Position numbers and translations under genes: made by a program | Notes under the pieces: model-generated | Told to the model about the DNA's origin: nothing | The model's input: the letters and a program-made list of their open reading frames with translations, nothing else | Databases searched by the model: none | Assembly (NCBI GenBank): GCA_965217895.1 | Contig: CBDCJV010000002.1 | Span: forward strand, 4,320,001 to 4,384,000 | From: Waterburya sp. | GTDB taxonomy: Bacteria; Cyanobacteriota; Cyanobacteriia; Cyanobacteriales; Xenococcaceae | DNA: 64,000 bases | Direction: 5' to 3' | Shown: in pieces, positions 10,136-20,557 of the stretch | Numbering within the stretch: the stretch's first letter is position 1 | Layout of the letters: every line of letters starts with the position of its first letter

Positions 10136-10242
10136 CTTTAAGATTATACTTAAAATTAATATTTCTAACTAAAGGCAGTTTTTCTAGTTATGACCGCTTG
10201 ATAGACTATTGCGAAACAATTTTAAATTAAGGAGCAAAACTT

Positions 10243-10725
10243 TTGTTAGATCAACAGGCAAAAAAAACAATGTTACGTAAAATCCCTCATGGACTTTACA
10301 TCTGTGGCGTTAAAGAAGGGGAGGAAATGAATGGTTTTACCGTAAGCTGGTTGATGCAATCATCTTTTGAACCGCCTTTGGTAGTTAATTGCGTCAAGAA
10401 AGGCACGGTTTCCCATAAAATGATCGAGAATACCCAAGTATTCAGCATCAGCTTCCTAGAGGCAGGACAAAAAGACCTAGCGGCATCTTTCTTTAAACCC
10501 AAAACCCGCGTTGGTAACAAATTTGAAGACGTGGAATTTTATGAAGGAGAAGAAACAGGCTGTCCGATTATTAAAGACTCTCTGGGTTACATTGAATGTA
10601 AAGTAGTCGGCACGGTTGAACAAGGAGATCACACTGTATATGTCGGCGAGGTAATTGCTTCTGGTATTCATCGCCAAGGCGATCAGTTATTACTCTCCAG
10701 TACTGGTTGGGAATATGGTGGGTAG
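10243..10725 (+). CDS. Flavin reductase-like protein
   Basis: NGFTVSW..Q.SF.PP and GDHTVYVGEV motifs. Confidence 0.85.
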   Translation: MLDQQAKKTMLRKIPHGLYICGVKEGEEMNGFTVSWLMQSSFEPPLVVNCVKKGTVSHKMIENTQVFSISFLEAGQKDLAASFFKPKTRVGNKFEDVEFYEGEETGCPIIKDSLGYIECKVVGTVEQGDHTVYVGEVIASGIHRQGDQLLLSSTGWEYGG

Positions 10726-10863
10726 AGTAAAAAGTAAAAAGTAAGAAGTAAAAAGTAGTAAGTCAGAATGTTTTTTAAAGCGCATTGGTATTGATAAAAC
10801 TAGTTGCTTTATCAAGTTTCATCAAGACTTTTGTAGCTTGCTACTTTTTTTTGTTGTTTAATC

Positions 10864-10931
10864 AAAAAAGCTAAGAGCTAATAGCTACAAACCAAAACAT
10901 TCTGTACATCATACTTCAAATCAGCAACGCC
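10864..10931. repeat. Partial copy of MITE family A (right end)
   Basis: 23 nt tcatacttcaaatcagcaacgcc (10909-10931) identical to 5952-5974; shares gctaatagctac. Confidence 0.7.
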
Positions 10932-10934
10932 GAA

Positions 10935-12038
10935 TTAACCAACTGCATTAGAATAGCTTTCCGATTCAGATTCAGACTGGGGTTTGGCAAAAATCATTCT
11001 GCCTGCGGAGGTTTGTAAAGAAGATGTGACTACTGCCTGTATCTCTCCACCGACAAAATCACTCCCTTCTTCTACTACTACCATAGTGCCATCTTCTAAA
11101 TAGCCAATCCCTTGTTCTGGTTCTTTTCCTTGCTTAAGTATTTTAAGCTCTAGATTATCTCCAGGAAGATAAACAGGACGTAATGAGCGAGCAAGATCGT
11201 TAATGTTGAGAATTTGTACCTTTTGTAGATTAGCAACTTTACTAAGGTTGTAGTCGTTGGTCAAAAGAGTACCGCTAATTTCTTGGGTTAATTTGACTAG
11301 CTTGGCATCAACCGTATCTATATCCTCATAATCAGCCTGATTAATCACAATGCGATTAGGATAGTTTTCCTGCATCTGATTAAGAATATCTAAACCTCGT
11401 CTACCGCGAATCCGCTTTTGGGAGTTGCTAGCATCAGCCAGATTTTGTAATTCTTGCAGCACAAACTGAGGAATAAGTATCTGCCCTTCTAAAAAACCAG
11501 TTTTAAGCAGTTCTTCCACCCTGCCGTCGATGATACAGCTAGTATCGAGAACTTTGGTAGGCATAGCTTCTAAAGTTCCTTCAGCTACCAGCATTGATTC
11601 AATACTATTGGGATTAATCAAGCGTAAAAAAGTTCGTCCATGAGTATCAGCTAAACTAATACCTAAATAAGAGAACATGACGCTACCTAATACCGCTACA
11701 GTGGGTTTAAAGAAGCTTAGTTCTTTGGGTATGGGTAATAAGAACATCGGTGCCAGCATTAAGTTGGCTACCAGTAAACCCATAACTAGCCCGATCGCTC
11801 TGGTAATGATAATCTCAATTTTAGTGTTGCGAATCTGCTGCTCTAGACGACGATAGGTAGTCTGTACGGCGACTCCAATGCCCAGACCAATTATGGCAGC
11901 AAAGCCAGCAATCACGAAGCGCAAGGCTTCGATATTTGATACCCCTTGCAAGATATCAGGAGGAAGCAACTGTAACCCATCAAATCCGATGTTTACGGCA
12001 GCGATAATGCAAATGATAATTATGATGGCATCAACCAT
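10935..12038 (-). CDS. Membrane PIN/TRAM domain protein (YacL-like)
   Basis: N-terminal transmembrane helices, LDTSCIIDGR, RGRRGLDIL, TNDYNL, GYLEDGTMVVVE. Confidence 0.9.
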   Translation of the reverse strand: MVDAIIIIICIIAAVNIGFDGLQLLPPDILQGVSNIEALRFVIAGFAAIIGLGIGVAVQTTYRRLEQQIRNTKIEIIITRAIGLVMGLLVANLMLAPMFLLPIPKELSFFKPTVAVLGSVMFSYLGISLADTHGRTFLRLINPNSIESMLVAEGTLEAMPTKVLDTSCIIDGRVEELLKTGFLEGQILIPQFVLQELQNLADASNSQKRIRGRRGLDILNQMQENYPNRIVINQADYEDIDTVDAKLVKLTQEISGTLLTNDYNLSKVANLQKVQILNINDLARSLRPVYLPGDNLELKILKQGKEPEQGIGYLEDGTMVVVEEGSDFVGGEIQAVVTSSLQTSAGRMIFAKPQSESESESYSNAVG

Positions 12039-12249
12039 TGTCTTAGTTGAATATTATGATAAAGATGTATTTCTTCTTTACTGTAATAAATTCTCGGTAA
12101 TAGTGTAAAAAATTGGAGGGAGTTCTTAATATTGTCAAATTAATTTTACTAAGAGAATTTAGCTTGAAAATTAAGCTATATATACGTTTTCGATCTGAAT
12201 TAGCAATATCAATAATTTCTCAAGAACTATACTCAAGATAATTATTCAG

Positions 12250-13536
12250 GTGTTGAAATATTTAGTAATGGCTAAAAATAGATCTTTAACCAGACTTAAT
12301 TTAAATCCTAATTTAGTAACCACTGTCTTAGATCTAGCTCCTACTGCTGCTTATATTCATATCCCTTTTTGTCGTCGTCGCTGCTTTTACTGCGATTTTC
12401 CGATTTCAGTAGTGGGAAATTCGGGGGGGAAATCCGCATTTACAATGGTAGAGGAATATATTGCTGCCTTAATCAAAGATATTCAACTAACACCATCAAC
12501 CGAAGAACCTTTACAAACAGTTTTTTTTGGTGGTGGCACACCTTCTTTATTATCTCCACAGCAGCTAACACAAATTATACAGGCGATCGCGTCTCATTTT
12601 GGTATTGCTGATAACGCGGAGGTATCAATGGAAATCGACCCAGGTACTTTTGATCGCGATCGGTTATTAGGATATTTAGAAGCAGGGCTAAATCGCTTTA
12701 GCTTGGGAGTACAGACTTTTGATGAGGAGTTGCTTAAAGTTTGTGGACGTTCTCATACTTTAGCTGATGCAATGCAATCTATAGAAATAATCAAACAGCT
12801 AGAAATTGATAACTTCAGCTTAGATTTAATTTCAGGTTTACCCCATCAAACCTTAGAACATTGTCTGAAATCCCTAGAAATGGCGATCGCGATCGCGCCT
12901 AAGCATCTTTCCTGTTACGATCTAGTACTTGAACCAGTCACCGCCTTTGGTAAACAATATCAGCCAGGAAAAACTCCTTTACCTAATGATGATGACGCTG
13001 CCGAGATGTATCGGCTGACACAAGCAACTTTAACCAAGGCAGGATACCAGCACTACGAGATATCCAATTATGCTCAACCAGGTTATCAGTGTGGTCATAA
13101 TCGAGTGTATTGGGAAAATAAACCTTATTATGGCTTTGGTATGGGTGCAGCTAGCTATGTTGCAGGGAAAAGATTTTCTCGCCCTAAAACTCGCCGAGAA
13201 TACTATGCTTGGCTAGAAGCAGGAGCAATTATTGATGCGCCAGAAATATCTGCCACAGACTATGTACTCGAAACTTTAATGCTAGGTTTGCGTTTAGCAG
13301 AAGGTATTGATTTAGAACAATTTGAACCAGATATCTCAAAAAAAATCTGGTCTTGCATCAAGCCATATTATCGTCAGGGATGGATAGAAATATTAGATAA
13401 ACAAGAACAGTTGATTAATTTAAAAGATCGAAATTCACTATATCCTCCGCTGCAGGGTAAATTGCGCCTCAACGATCCTGAAGGATTTCTCTTTTCCAAT
13501 ACTGTTCTTGCTACCCTATTTGAAAAATTAGCATAA
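12250..13536 (+). CDS. hemW: Radical SAM heme chaperone HemW (HemN-like)
   Basis: YIHIPFCRRRCFYCDF, FGGGTPS, YEISNYA, HNRVYW. Confidence 0.85.
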   Translation: MLKYLVMAKNRSLTRLNLNPNLVTTVLDLAPTAAYIHIPFCRRRCFYCDFPISVVGNSGGKSAFTMVEEYIAALIKDIQLTPSTEEPLQTVFFGGGTPSLLSPQQLTQIIQAIASHFGIADNAEVSMEIDPGTFDRDRLLGYLEAGLNRFSLGVQTFDEELLKVCGRSHTLADAMQSIEIIKQLEIDNFSLDLISGLPHQTLEHCLKSLEMAIAIAPKHLSCYDLVLEPVTAFGKQYQPGKTPLPNDDDAAEMYRLTQATLTKAGYQHYEISNYAQPGYQCGHNRVYWENKPYYGFGMGAASYVAGKRFSRPKTRREYYAWLEAGAIIDAPEISATDYVLETLMLGLRLAEGIDLEQFEPDISKKIWSCIKPYYRQGWIEILDKQEQLINLKDRNSLYPPLQGKLRLNDPEGFLFSNTVLATLFEKLA

Positions 13537-13688
13537 ATCCTCTAGTCGCCCTTTTTTAATTTTGTCGAACTCACGTGAACGTAAGCAAATTACGTCCCAA
13601 AGTTTATAGTATTTAGTCAAAAACGGTAGAGAAATACCTGAGTGAGCTAGGATTTAGTATGACGTATGGTTTAATCGAGAATTAATCA

Positions 13689-14195
13689 ATGAATTATCTA
13701 ATTGCTGTTTTACCCGATCGCTTCCAAGCCGAAGAAGCTTATACAGCGTTAGAAAAGGCAGGTATTCCCTTGAATAAGATTGCGATCGCCGGCAGAGGCT
13801 ACAAAACTGCCGATGAGCTTGGCTTTATCGATCCTATGAGGCAAGCTAAGAATCGTGCCACCTTTATGGCATATTGGCTTGTTCCTTTTGGTTTTATTGG
13901 TGGATATGTGTTTAACCTGATCGCGGGATTAGACAATTTAGATTGGGCGGGAGAACCAGGAAATCATATAGTAGGCGGTATTTTGGGTGCTATTGGTGGT
14001 GCTATGGGCAGCGTTTTTGTGGGTGGTGGTGTTGGTTGGGCAATGGATACAAAAAGTGACACCGTTCCTTATCGTGACTATTTAGATGCTAATAAATATT
14101 TAGTCTTAGTTGAAGATTTGGGTGGTTTGAGCGATCGCGCTCTTCCTATCTTACGGAAACTATCCCCTGAAAATATTGAAAGTTACCAAGCTTGA
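13689..14195 (+). CDS. Conserved cyanobacterial membrane protein
   Basis: 168-aa ORF with Gly-rich hydrophobic hairpin. Confidence 0.65.
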   Translation: MNYLIAVLPDRFQAEEAYTALEKAGIPLNKIAIAGRGYKTADELGFIDPMRQAKNRATFMAYWLVPFGFIGGYVFNLIAGLDNLDWAGEPGNHIVGGILGAIGGAMGSVFVGGGVGWAMDTKSDTVPYRDYLDANKYLVLVEDLGGLSDRALPILRKLSPENIESYQA

Positions 14196-14286
14196 CTGGT
14201 TAAAAATAATCGGTTATTTTATGGTTACTTAATGCTATAAAAGCCAATCAAGATTTTTGCCAGTAATATAATAAAAGTCAAATGTA

Positions 14287-14925
14287 ATGAAAAATAATTC
14301 AAGCAGACGACTAGTTATCATCGGTATCCTCTTGTTATCTACAACTGCTTTAATTTTAGCTGGGGCCTTGAACAGTTTTTATAGCGAGAATGTTGCCCCA
14401 GACGAAAAAAATTCTCAAAAGACGGCGCAAGATTACAATCCCTATGAAAAGTCTAATAGAGAAGACGAGCAGAAGATTATCTCCGTCCCGCCTCCAGCAG
14501 CAGGTAGCGGTAGGGTAGAAATTAATAATGATTTTAAAGAAGGGATTCCTACTGGTACATATTCAAATCCACCTAAAACTATTAAATCTTTAGGAGGTTC
14601 GAGTCTTTCCCCAGAAAGTCCTTTGAGAGATAATAATTCTAGCGTTGAAAGAAATAAATCAATTGGAGAAAACATGGCTGCTGAAAATGCTCAGTCAATG
14701 ACTCCCAACTATAGTCAGCCATCCTCTAGTAATAATTTTAATAGTTCAAGCTCAAATAGTCTGGTTAGTCCGTTAGAAAATAGTTCATCAGGTAGTAGTC
14801 TGACTAGTCCGCTAGGAGATAATTCCTCTGTAGAAATTCCGAGCAGTCAAGAAAAGTCAAAGTCTAATACTATAACGCCTTCTCCTCTTGGACAGTCTTC
14901 TTCAGGACTGTCTCCCTCACGGTAG
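14287..14925 (+). CDS. Membrane-anchored Ser/Asn/Pro-rich low-complexity protein
   Basis: N-terminal hydrophobic anchor; SSLxSPL repeats. Confidence 0.6.
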   Translation: MKNNSSRRLVIIGILLLSTTALILAGALNSFYSENVAPDEKNSQKTAQDYNPYEKSNREDEQKIISVPPPAAGSGRVEINNDFKEGIPTGTYSNPPKTIKSLGGSSLSPESPLRDNNSSVERNKSIGENMAAENAQSMTPNYSQPSSSNNFNSSSSNSLVSPLENSSSGSSLTSPLGDNSSVEIPSSQEKSKSNTITPSPLGQSSSGLSPSR

Positions 14926-14957
14926 TCTTTTTAAATTTAGCTGAAAAAATACAGTTG

Positions 14958-16262
14958 CTAAAAAATATCTGAGTTTTTAAACAAGTAACCAATTAAATAT
15001 AAAGAGCCGCACAAAACAATTAAGGGTTCTGTTGCTGAGTTATTAGCAGAATCAACTGCCAGATCCAAAGCAGGGAAAACACTGTCGTAAGTTTTACAGT
15101 TACTTAAATGGGGACAAACCTGTTGAGCTATTGATGCCAGTTTTGCAGGTTCAGCACTGCTATGATCGGGGACGGGAACTAAATATAGTTCGTCTTGAGG
15201 TTTTAAAAGTACTTCAAATATGTCTTCGTGGTCTTTGGTAACTAGCATACCCATAACCCAAATTACAGACTGGTTTAAAGTATCAATATAGCTTCTAAGA
15301 GCGATCGCAGCAGCAGAATTATGCGCCCCGTCAATTAACAGGGGATGATTTTTCCAGGTTGTCCACTGTAGTCTGCCTAGCCAACGGGTTTTATTCATTC
15401 CCGTTTGAATCGCCAGTTCAGGAATATACCAACCCTGCTGCTGTAAAATTTTAATCGTGGCGATCGCGATCGCCGAATTACTTAACTGCACTTTTCCCAA
15501 TAGGGGCAAGGGATATTTAATATCTTGGTATTTTGCCCAGCGAGCATCAGTTTGTGCTGGTAGATTAATTTCTTGGGCTGGCTCAATCCAGGCGATCGGC
15601 GCGTTTAATTCTCGCGCTTTTTCCACTACTACTTGTTTAGCTTCAGGGGGAAGTTGACCAACAACAGCAGGGCAATTTGCTTTAAGCACTCCTGCTTTTT
15701 CTCTGGCAATATCAGCTACAGTAGGACCAAGACGCTGCCAATGCTCTTTGCTTAGGGAAGTAATAATACTAACTAAAGGGCGATCGCTAACATTAGTAGC
15801 ATCGAGTCTACCACCTAACCCTACTTCCATTACGGCAATGTCCACCTGTGATTTAGCAAAATAAAGCCAAGCTGCTGCGGTAATTACTTCAAATTGAGTT
15901 GGGCTTTGGGAGTCAGGGTCAATAGCCTGTTCAACCTCTTGTAGCACTTCAACTAAATCGGGTGTACTTATTTCTTGCTCATTAAGACAAATCCTTTCAG
16001 TCCAGTTTACTAAATGAGGGGAAATATACCGTCCGACTCGATAACCACTTTCCGTCAAAATCGAAGACAGATAAGCGCATACAGATCCCTTGCCATTTGT
16101 TCCTGCAACATGAATAATCGGTACTTTAGCTTGTGGATTTCCTAGAGCAGCCAGTAGTTTTTCAATTCTAGTTAAACCCAGATTTACGCCAAAACGTTGA
16201 AAAGGTTCTAAAAGAGAACTAACTGTATCTTCTTTGACTGGCATGATCTTGACTCTGTTCAA
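14958..16262 (-). CDS. folC: Folylpolyglutamate/dihydrofolate synthase
   Basis: HVAGTNGKGS, EVGLGGRLDATN, DGAHN, GSLYLIG. Confidence 0.95.
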   Translation of the reverse strand: MNRVKIMPVKEDTVSSLLEPFQRFGVNLGLTRIEKLLAALGNPQAKVPIIHVAGTNGKGSVCAYLSSILTESGYRVGRYISPHLVNWTERICLNEQEISTPDLVEVLQEVEQAIDPDSQSPTQFEVITAAAWLYFAKSQVDIAVMEVGLGGRLDATNVSDRPLVSIITSLSKEHWQRLGPTVADIAREKAGVLKANCPAVVGQLPPEAKQVVVEKARELNAPIAWIEPAQEINLPAQTDARWAKYQDIKYPLPLLGKVQLSNSAIAIATIKILQQQGWYIPELAIQTGMNKTRWLGRLQWTTWKNHPLLIDGAHNSAAAIALRSYIDTLNQSVIWVMGMLVTKDHEDIFEVLLKPQDELYLVPVPDHSSAEPAKLASIAQQVCPHLSNCKTYDSVFPALDLAVDSANNSATEPLIVLCGSLYLIGYLFKNSDIF

Positions 16263-16454
16263 ATCATTACATCAATTATCATAAGCCAAACTGGAAACCT
16301 AAACTTTAAAGTAAAAAGTAAAAAGTAAAAAGTAGTAATTTGACCAAATGTCTTGACGTTCGTACGTAATGCTATAAAAAATAATTGGCACTCGACAATC
16401 ATTAAACTGATTCTAGAACACCAATTATTAAATTTTGCTTAACTTTTATTTAAA

Positions 16455-16610
16455 CCCCGTCTGTCAAACGAAAACCGTAGTTTTTGAATCGGAGATTGAG
16501 CTAGTCACAGATTACTCCGCCACGTCCCGCATGAAGCTGTTCCTAAACGGAACAGCACGGGGACTTCTAAACGGACGGAGCCTGCTGTGACCGTTGGTCA
16601 AACAGCAGGA
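16455..16610 (+). ncRNA. Putative structured non-coding RNA of unknown family
   Basis: GC-rich island with nested stems (16457-16464/16571-16578, cggag/ctccg, gtccc/gggac, gctgttcc/ggaacagc) and a 3' hairpin at 16581-16609. Confidence 0.35.
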
Positions 16611-16618
16611 TATAATTT

Positions 16619-16660
16619 CTACTTGCTACTTGCTACTTGCTACTTGCTACTTGCTACTTA
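16619..16660. repeat. Heptamer tandem repeat (CTACTTG)x6, STRR-like
   Basis: Five perfect units plus CTACTTA. Confidence 0.9.
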
Positions 16661-16704
16661 CGAACAGTCAACTTAAAAACTCCTGGTTTCAAACTGGATG
16701 TGGT

Positions 16705-16920
16705 TTAAATAGCTACTATTTCTAATGATTTGTTAGCTGTAATTGCAGCTTGGAGAGAAGAAGTATTAATTTGAACTGTGTTTTTTTGGCTGTTTTTTCT
16801 TTTATTATCTAGGTTGGGCATCTCTAATCGGCAATGATTGCAAAACCAAAAACTACGCCGATTGCTTAAGTGGAGCAACATGGAAGTGGAGCAACAAGGG
16901 CAAGAACTATTGTTATTCAT
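16705..16920 (-). CDS. Small zinc-ribbon-like cyanobacterial protein
   Basis: CPCCS...WFCNHCRLEMP motif. Confidence 0.7.
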   Translation of the reverse strand: MNNNSSCPCCSTSMLLHLSNRRSFWFCNHCRLEMPNLDNKRKNSQKNTVQINTSSLQAAITANKSLEIVAI

Positions 16921-17201
16921 GATTTTTATTTACGGTAATACAATTGAACAAAAAAATATTTAAAACTTTGTCTGTTTGTTGATACTTATATTTCTATATA
17001 AATAACAGTTTATTAATGTCAGCAAATCATCAAAATAGGCGACACTTATATCAACAAACCCTAACCTTACTCTAAAATCACTGCTATTTAGAAAAGGTAA
17101 ATATTAAGAGAATCTAAAGAAAAATAAGATTTGTTTACTCTCTTTTTTTCTTATTCCAATATTGGATCGGATAAATAAAATAATCTGTGTTTTCGATCAC
17201 T

Positions 17202-19823
17202 TTATCGCCCTGAACTACGAAAAATAATTACTGTACTATCTGCGTGTCTAGCGATCGCTTCGGGAATATTTCCTTTAACTACATTTTGCAGTAATCCTTC
17301 ATTACTTGCTCCCAAAATAACTAAGCCATATTTTTTACGTTTAGTTAAATTGATAATCGCATCTGATACTGAGTAAGCAGAAATTGATAAAAGTATGACT
17401 GGGCAATTCATCGCCTTGCGAACTAACTTCGCAGCCTTGTGAAAGTCAGGGGTGGGAGGTTGGGTTTGATCGCGAGGAAATACTTGGCATAGCTGTAATT
17501 TGGGCGGGAGAGAATCCAAGGTAGCTAAAGCAGGTAAAATGGTCAACAATTTATTAAGGCGATCGCCTCCTGTTGTCGGAATTAGCCACTTGTGTCGTAA
17601 ATAAAGTTCTTTAGGGAAGGCATGGGCAGACGCACCCAGTTTCACCAACATCAAATCGCAGGGTGCTTGTTGAATTACAGAGTCAACTAAATTACTAAAG
17701 ATCGATTCAATTCCCGAAGTTTTGCCCTTCCAGCCCATTATTAGTAAATCAATATGTTCTCTGCCGATAGTTTCTAAGATTGCTTCACTCACGTCGGTAG
17801 CTACACGAATTTGTGTATGCACAGAGATAGCTGATTTTTCGCCCCAGGTTTCCAAGTCTTTCATCAACTGACGATAATTATCTGTTTCTACTTCAGCTTG
17901 GGCAGGATGCAGATGTTGAGGAACACAGATCACTGCCACACACTCTATTTCATATTGATGATAAAGAGCGATCGCCCCAGCAATTTCTAGCAGTGGCGCA
18001 ATATTTTGGGGATTAGCAATAGGTAATAAAATTCTGCCCTTACCTATGGCAGGAGAGCGAGTTTGATAAACTACATAGGAAGGCTCAAATCTGGCTCGTG
18101 GTTGATGATCGTAGTTTAGCTGTTTGGCTTCGGCTTTAATAATATCGCTGAGGGTGATTATGCCCAAAAGCTTTGACCCTTCTGTTACGGGCAAACGAGA
18201 TAGCTGGTAGCGGTTTAGCAGGTAGAGAACATCAGCCAAAGAAGTTTGGGCGCTAACCGTAATTGGCCCTGAAGTCATAATATCCTTGAGTAAACTAGAC
18301 TCGGTTTGTTTACTATCCTTGGGAATATCTGACTGGGTAATCATGCCCACCAGCTTACCTTCTTCTACCACAGGAAAACCACGGTGATGCGATCGCGACA
18401 TGGTTTTAATTACCTCTGGCAAAGCAAGATTACTAGCTAAAGTTTCCACCCGTGACTGCATTACGTCATTGGCGGTAAGCTGGTTCATAAAGTCGTTTTG
18501 GGGATGTTCTTCTGTTAGCTCAATGCCACTGGCTAGAAGCAAGTGTTCATATAAAGAACCTTGGGAGACACTTTCGGCGACTATATATGCTACTGCTGAA
18601 GTGATCATCAAAGGTAAAACCAAATTAAAATCCGCCGTCATCTCAAAGATAATCACAATTGCCGTAATGGGGACTCTGACAACTGCGGTAAAAAAAGCTC
18701 CCATGCCAGCCAAAGCAAAAGTATAGGGAGATTCTGAACCAATCAAAGCTACCTCCACAATCCCAACTAAATATCCTAAAGCCGAACCCAAAACTAAAGC
18801 AGGGGAAAACAAGCCTCCTGGCGCTCCCGCACTATATGCCAAAATTACCAGACAGAATTGGGCGACGAATATCAACACGGTAGTTTGCCAGGTAAATTGA
18901 CCTACTATCAGTAATTCTCGCAAACCTGCATTATCATGAAAAAATGGTGGTAGCCAAGCCCCTATTATTCCTGAAATCAATCCTGCTAAACCAATACGTA
19001 AAGGCACAGGCAAAGGTAAACCACGGCTAAACTTTATCCCTTTAATAATTGAGCGGTTAAAAATACCCCCTAAAATACCCGCTAGGATACCTAAGACAAT
19101 ATAAAAAGGAATTTCTTGAACAGCAAAGCTGCCCCGACGGGTAGAATCTAGTACCGCTAAAGGAACATTAAGATCGGCAGAACCCAAGACGCGAGAGACA
19201 ACCGCCCCAGTAAATGATGCTGCGATCGCTGTTTCTAAAGTCAAACCAGATATATCTCGCATCAACTCTTCGACGACAAATAATACCCCAGCAATAGGAG
19301 TATTAAAGCCTGCTGCTAACCCCGCTGCTGCCCCTGCTGCAATCATTTGACGGCGGTTTGTGGGGGAGTTAGGAATCCAACGACTAACCTGCGCCCCTAA
19401 AGCAGCCCCGATATGGACTGTAGGACCTCGACGACCTAAAGTAAAACCGCCACCGATAATCAAAATAGTTGCCACAGTCTTAACTAAAGCTGTTCGCAAA
19501 TTTAAGACAATGGGATACTTAGCTAACGCTGCCTTTACCTGGGGAATACCGCCACCCGCAGCCGAAGGTGACAATAGTTCAATTACGACTCCTGCCAAAG
19601 TGCCTAAAATTAATCCCACCAAAGGCAAGACAATTTTTGCCCCATATAAATTGGCTGTCTGAATGCGCCATCCCCCCAACCAGCTAATACCCTGCTTGAG
19701 TAATACTGCTGCTAGGGCAGAAAATAATCCAATTAGACAAGCTTCAATTAGAGCGTAACGAGTGTCTAAAGAGCTACTTGCTAACCAAGGAGAGTTGCGC
19801 CAGTTGGCAAGCAGCTTTTTCAT
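17202..19823 (-). CDS. ClC-family anion channel/transporter with CBS pair and USP domains
   Basis: GGGIP, GRRGP, AAGFNTP, PGGLF motifs; CBS (GFPVV, RLPV) and USP-like C-terminus. Confidence 0.9.
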   Translation of the reverse strand: MKKLLANWRNSPWLASSSLDTRYALIEACLIGLFSALAAVLLKQGISWLGGWRIQTANLYGAKIVLPLVGLILGTLAGVVIELLSPSAAGGGIPQVKAALAKYPIVLNLRTALVKTVATILIIGGGFTLGRRGPTVHIGAALGAQVSRWIPNSPTNRRQMIAAGAAAGLAAGFNTPIAGVLFVVEELMRDISGLTLETAIAASFTGAVVSRVLGSADLNVPLAVLDSTRRGSFAVQEIPFYIVLGILAGILGGIFNRSIIKGIKFSRGLPLPVPLRIGLAGLISGIIGAWLPPFFHDNAGLRELLIVGQFTWQTTVLIFVAQFCLVILAYSAGAPGGLFSPALVLGSALGYLVGIVEVALIGSESPYTFALAGMGAFFTAVVRVPITAIVIIFEMTADFNLVLPLMITSAVAYIVAESVSQGSLYEHLLLASGIELTEEHPQNDFMNQLTANDVMQSRVETLASNLALPEVIKTMSRSHHRGFPVVEEGKLVGMITQSDIPKDSKQTESSLLKDIMTSGPITVSAQTSLADVLYLLNRYQLSRLPVTEGSKLLGIITLSDIIKAEAKQLNYDHQPRARFEPSYVVYQTRSPAIGKGRILLPIANPQNIAPLLEIAGAIALYHQYEIECVAVICVPQHLHPAQAEVETDNYRQLMKDLETWGEKSAISVHTQIRVATDVSEAILETIGREHIDLLIMGWKGKTSGIESIFSNLVDSVIQQAPCDLMLVKLGASAHAFPKELYLRHKWLIPTTGGDRLNKLLTILPALATLDSLPPKLQLCQVFPRDQTQPPTPDFHKAAKLVRKAMNCPVILLSISAYSVSDAIINLTKRKKYGLVILGASNEGLLQNVVKGNIPEAIARHADSTVIIFRSSGR

Positions 19824-19951
19824 TTTTGATTAAACTAAAACCTATATTATTGCTATCTCTATCCTAAACTGCCCTTGGCTGATTATTTAGCGGTAATTTT
19901 TACTATTTTCCAAAGATATAATAAATTAACTCGGTTAAATCGATCTTTCTT

Positions 19952-20533
19952 ATGGTTGCAATTACTCGCAAAAAATTTAAATTTACCGTCGATGAATATC
20001 ATCGCTTAATAGATTGGGGCTTCTTTGTTGGAAACGACAGAGTTGAATTAATAAGGGGCGAAATAATTAAAATGTCACCTAAAAGAACACCTCATTCTGT
20101 TTGTAATTCTCTGCTGCTCAAAGAATTAATTCTATCTTTGGGCGATCGCGCTAATATTAGAGGACAAGAGCCAATTATCATCCCTCCCGATAGTGAACCT
20201 GAACCAGATCTAGTTATAGCCACCAAAAAAGACAATAACTATTTATCATCCCATCCTCTTGCTGCGGATATTTTACTATTGATAGAGATTGCCGACTCTA
20301 CTTTAAAATATGACCGAGAAACAAAATTATCTCTTTACGCAGAAGCAGGAATAAGTAACTACTGGATCTTTAATCTGGTCGATAATAATCTTGAAGTTTA
20401 TAGTCAACCTTTTCAAGACAATAAAGGTCAATTTGGTTATCGTTCCAAACAAATTATCTTATCAAACGAAACAATTAATCTTCCTGATTTTAATGACGTT
20501 AATTTAGATTTGTCTAAAGTATTTCCTGAATAA
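19952..20533 (+). CDS. Uma2-family putative endonuclease (DUF820)
   Basis: VELIRGEI..M.P, EPEPDL, IEIADST, K..LYAEAGI..YW. Confidence 0.9.
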   Translation: MVAITRKKFKFTVDEYHRLIDWGFFVGNDRVELIRGEIIKMSPKRTPHSVCNSLLLKELILSLGDRANIRGQEPIIIPPDSEPEPDLVIATKKDNNYLSSHPLAADILLLIEIADSTLKYDRETKLSLYAEAGISNYWIFNLVDNNLEVYSQPFQDNKGQFGYRSKQIILSNETINLPDFNDVNLDLSKVFPE

Positions 20534-20557
20534 AAAATCATGGTTGCGATCGCTTTA

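Noticed and set aside
16300..16660. CRISPR array
   Set aside because: Only heptamer tandem repeats (gtaaaaa, ctacttg) without spacers; no cas genes in the window
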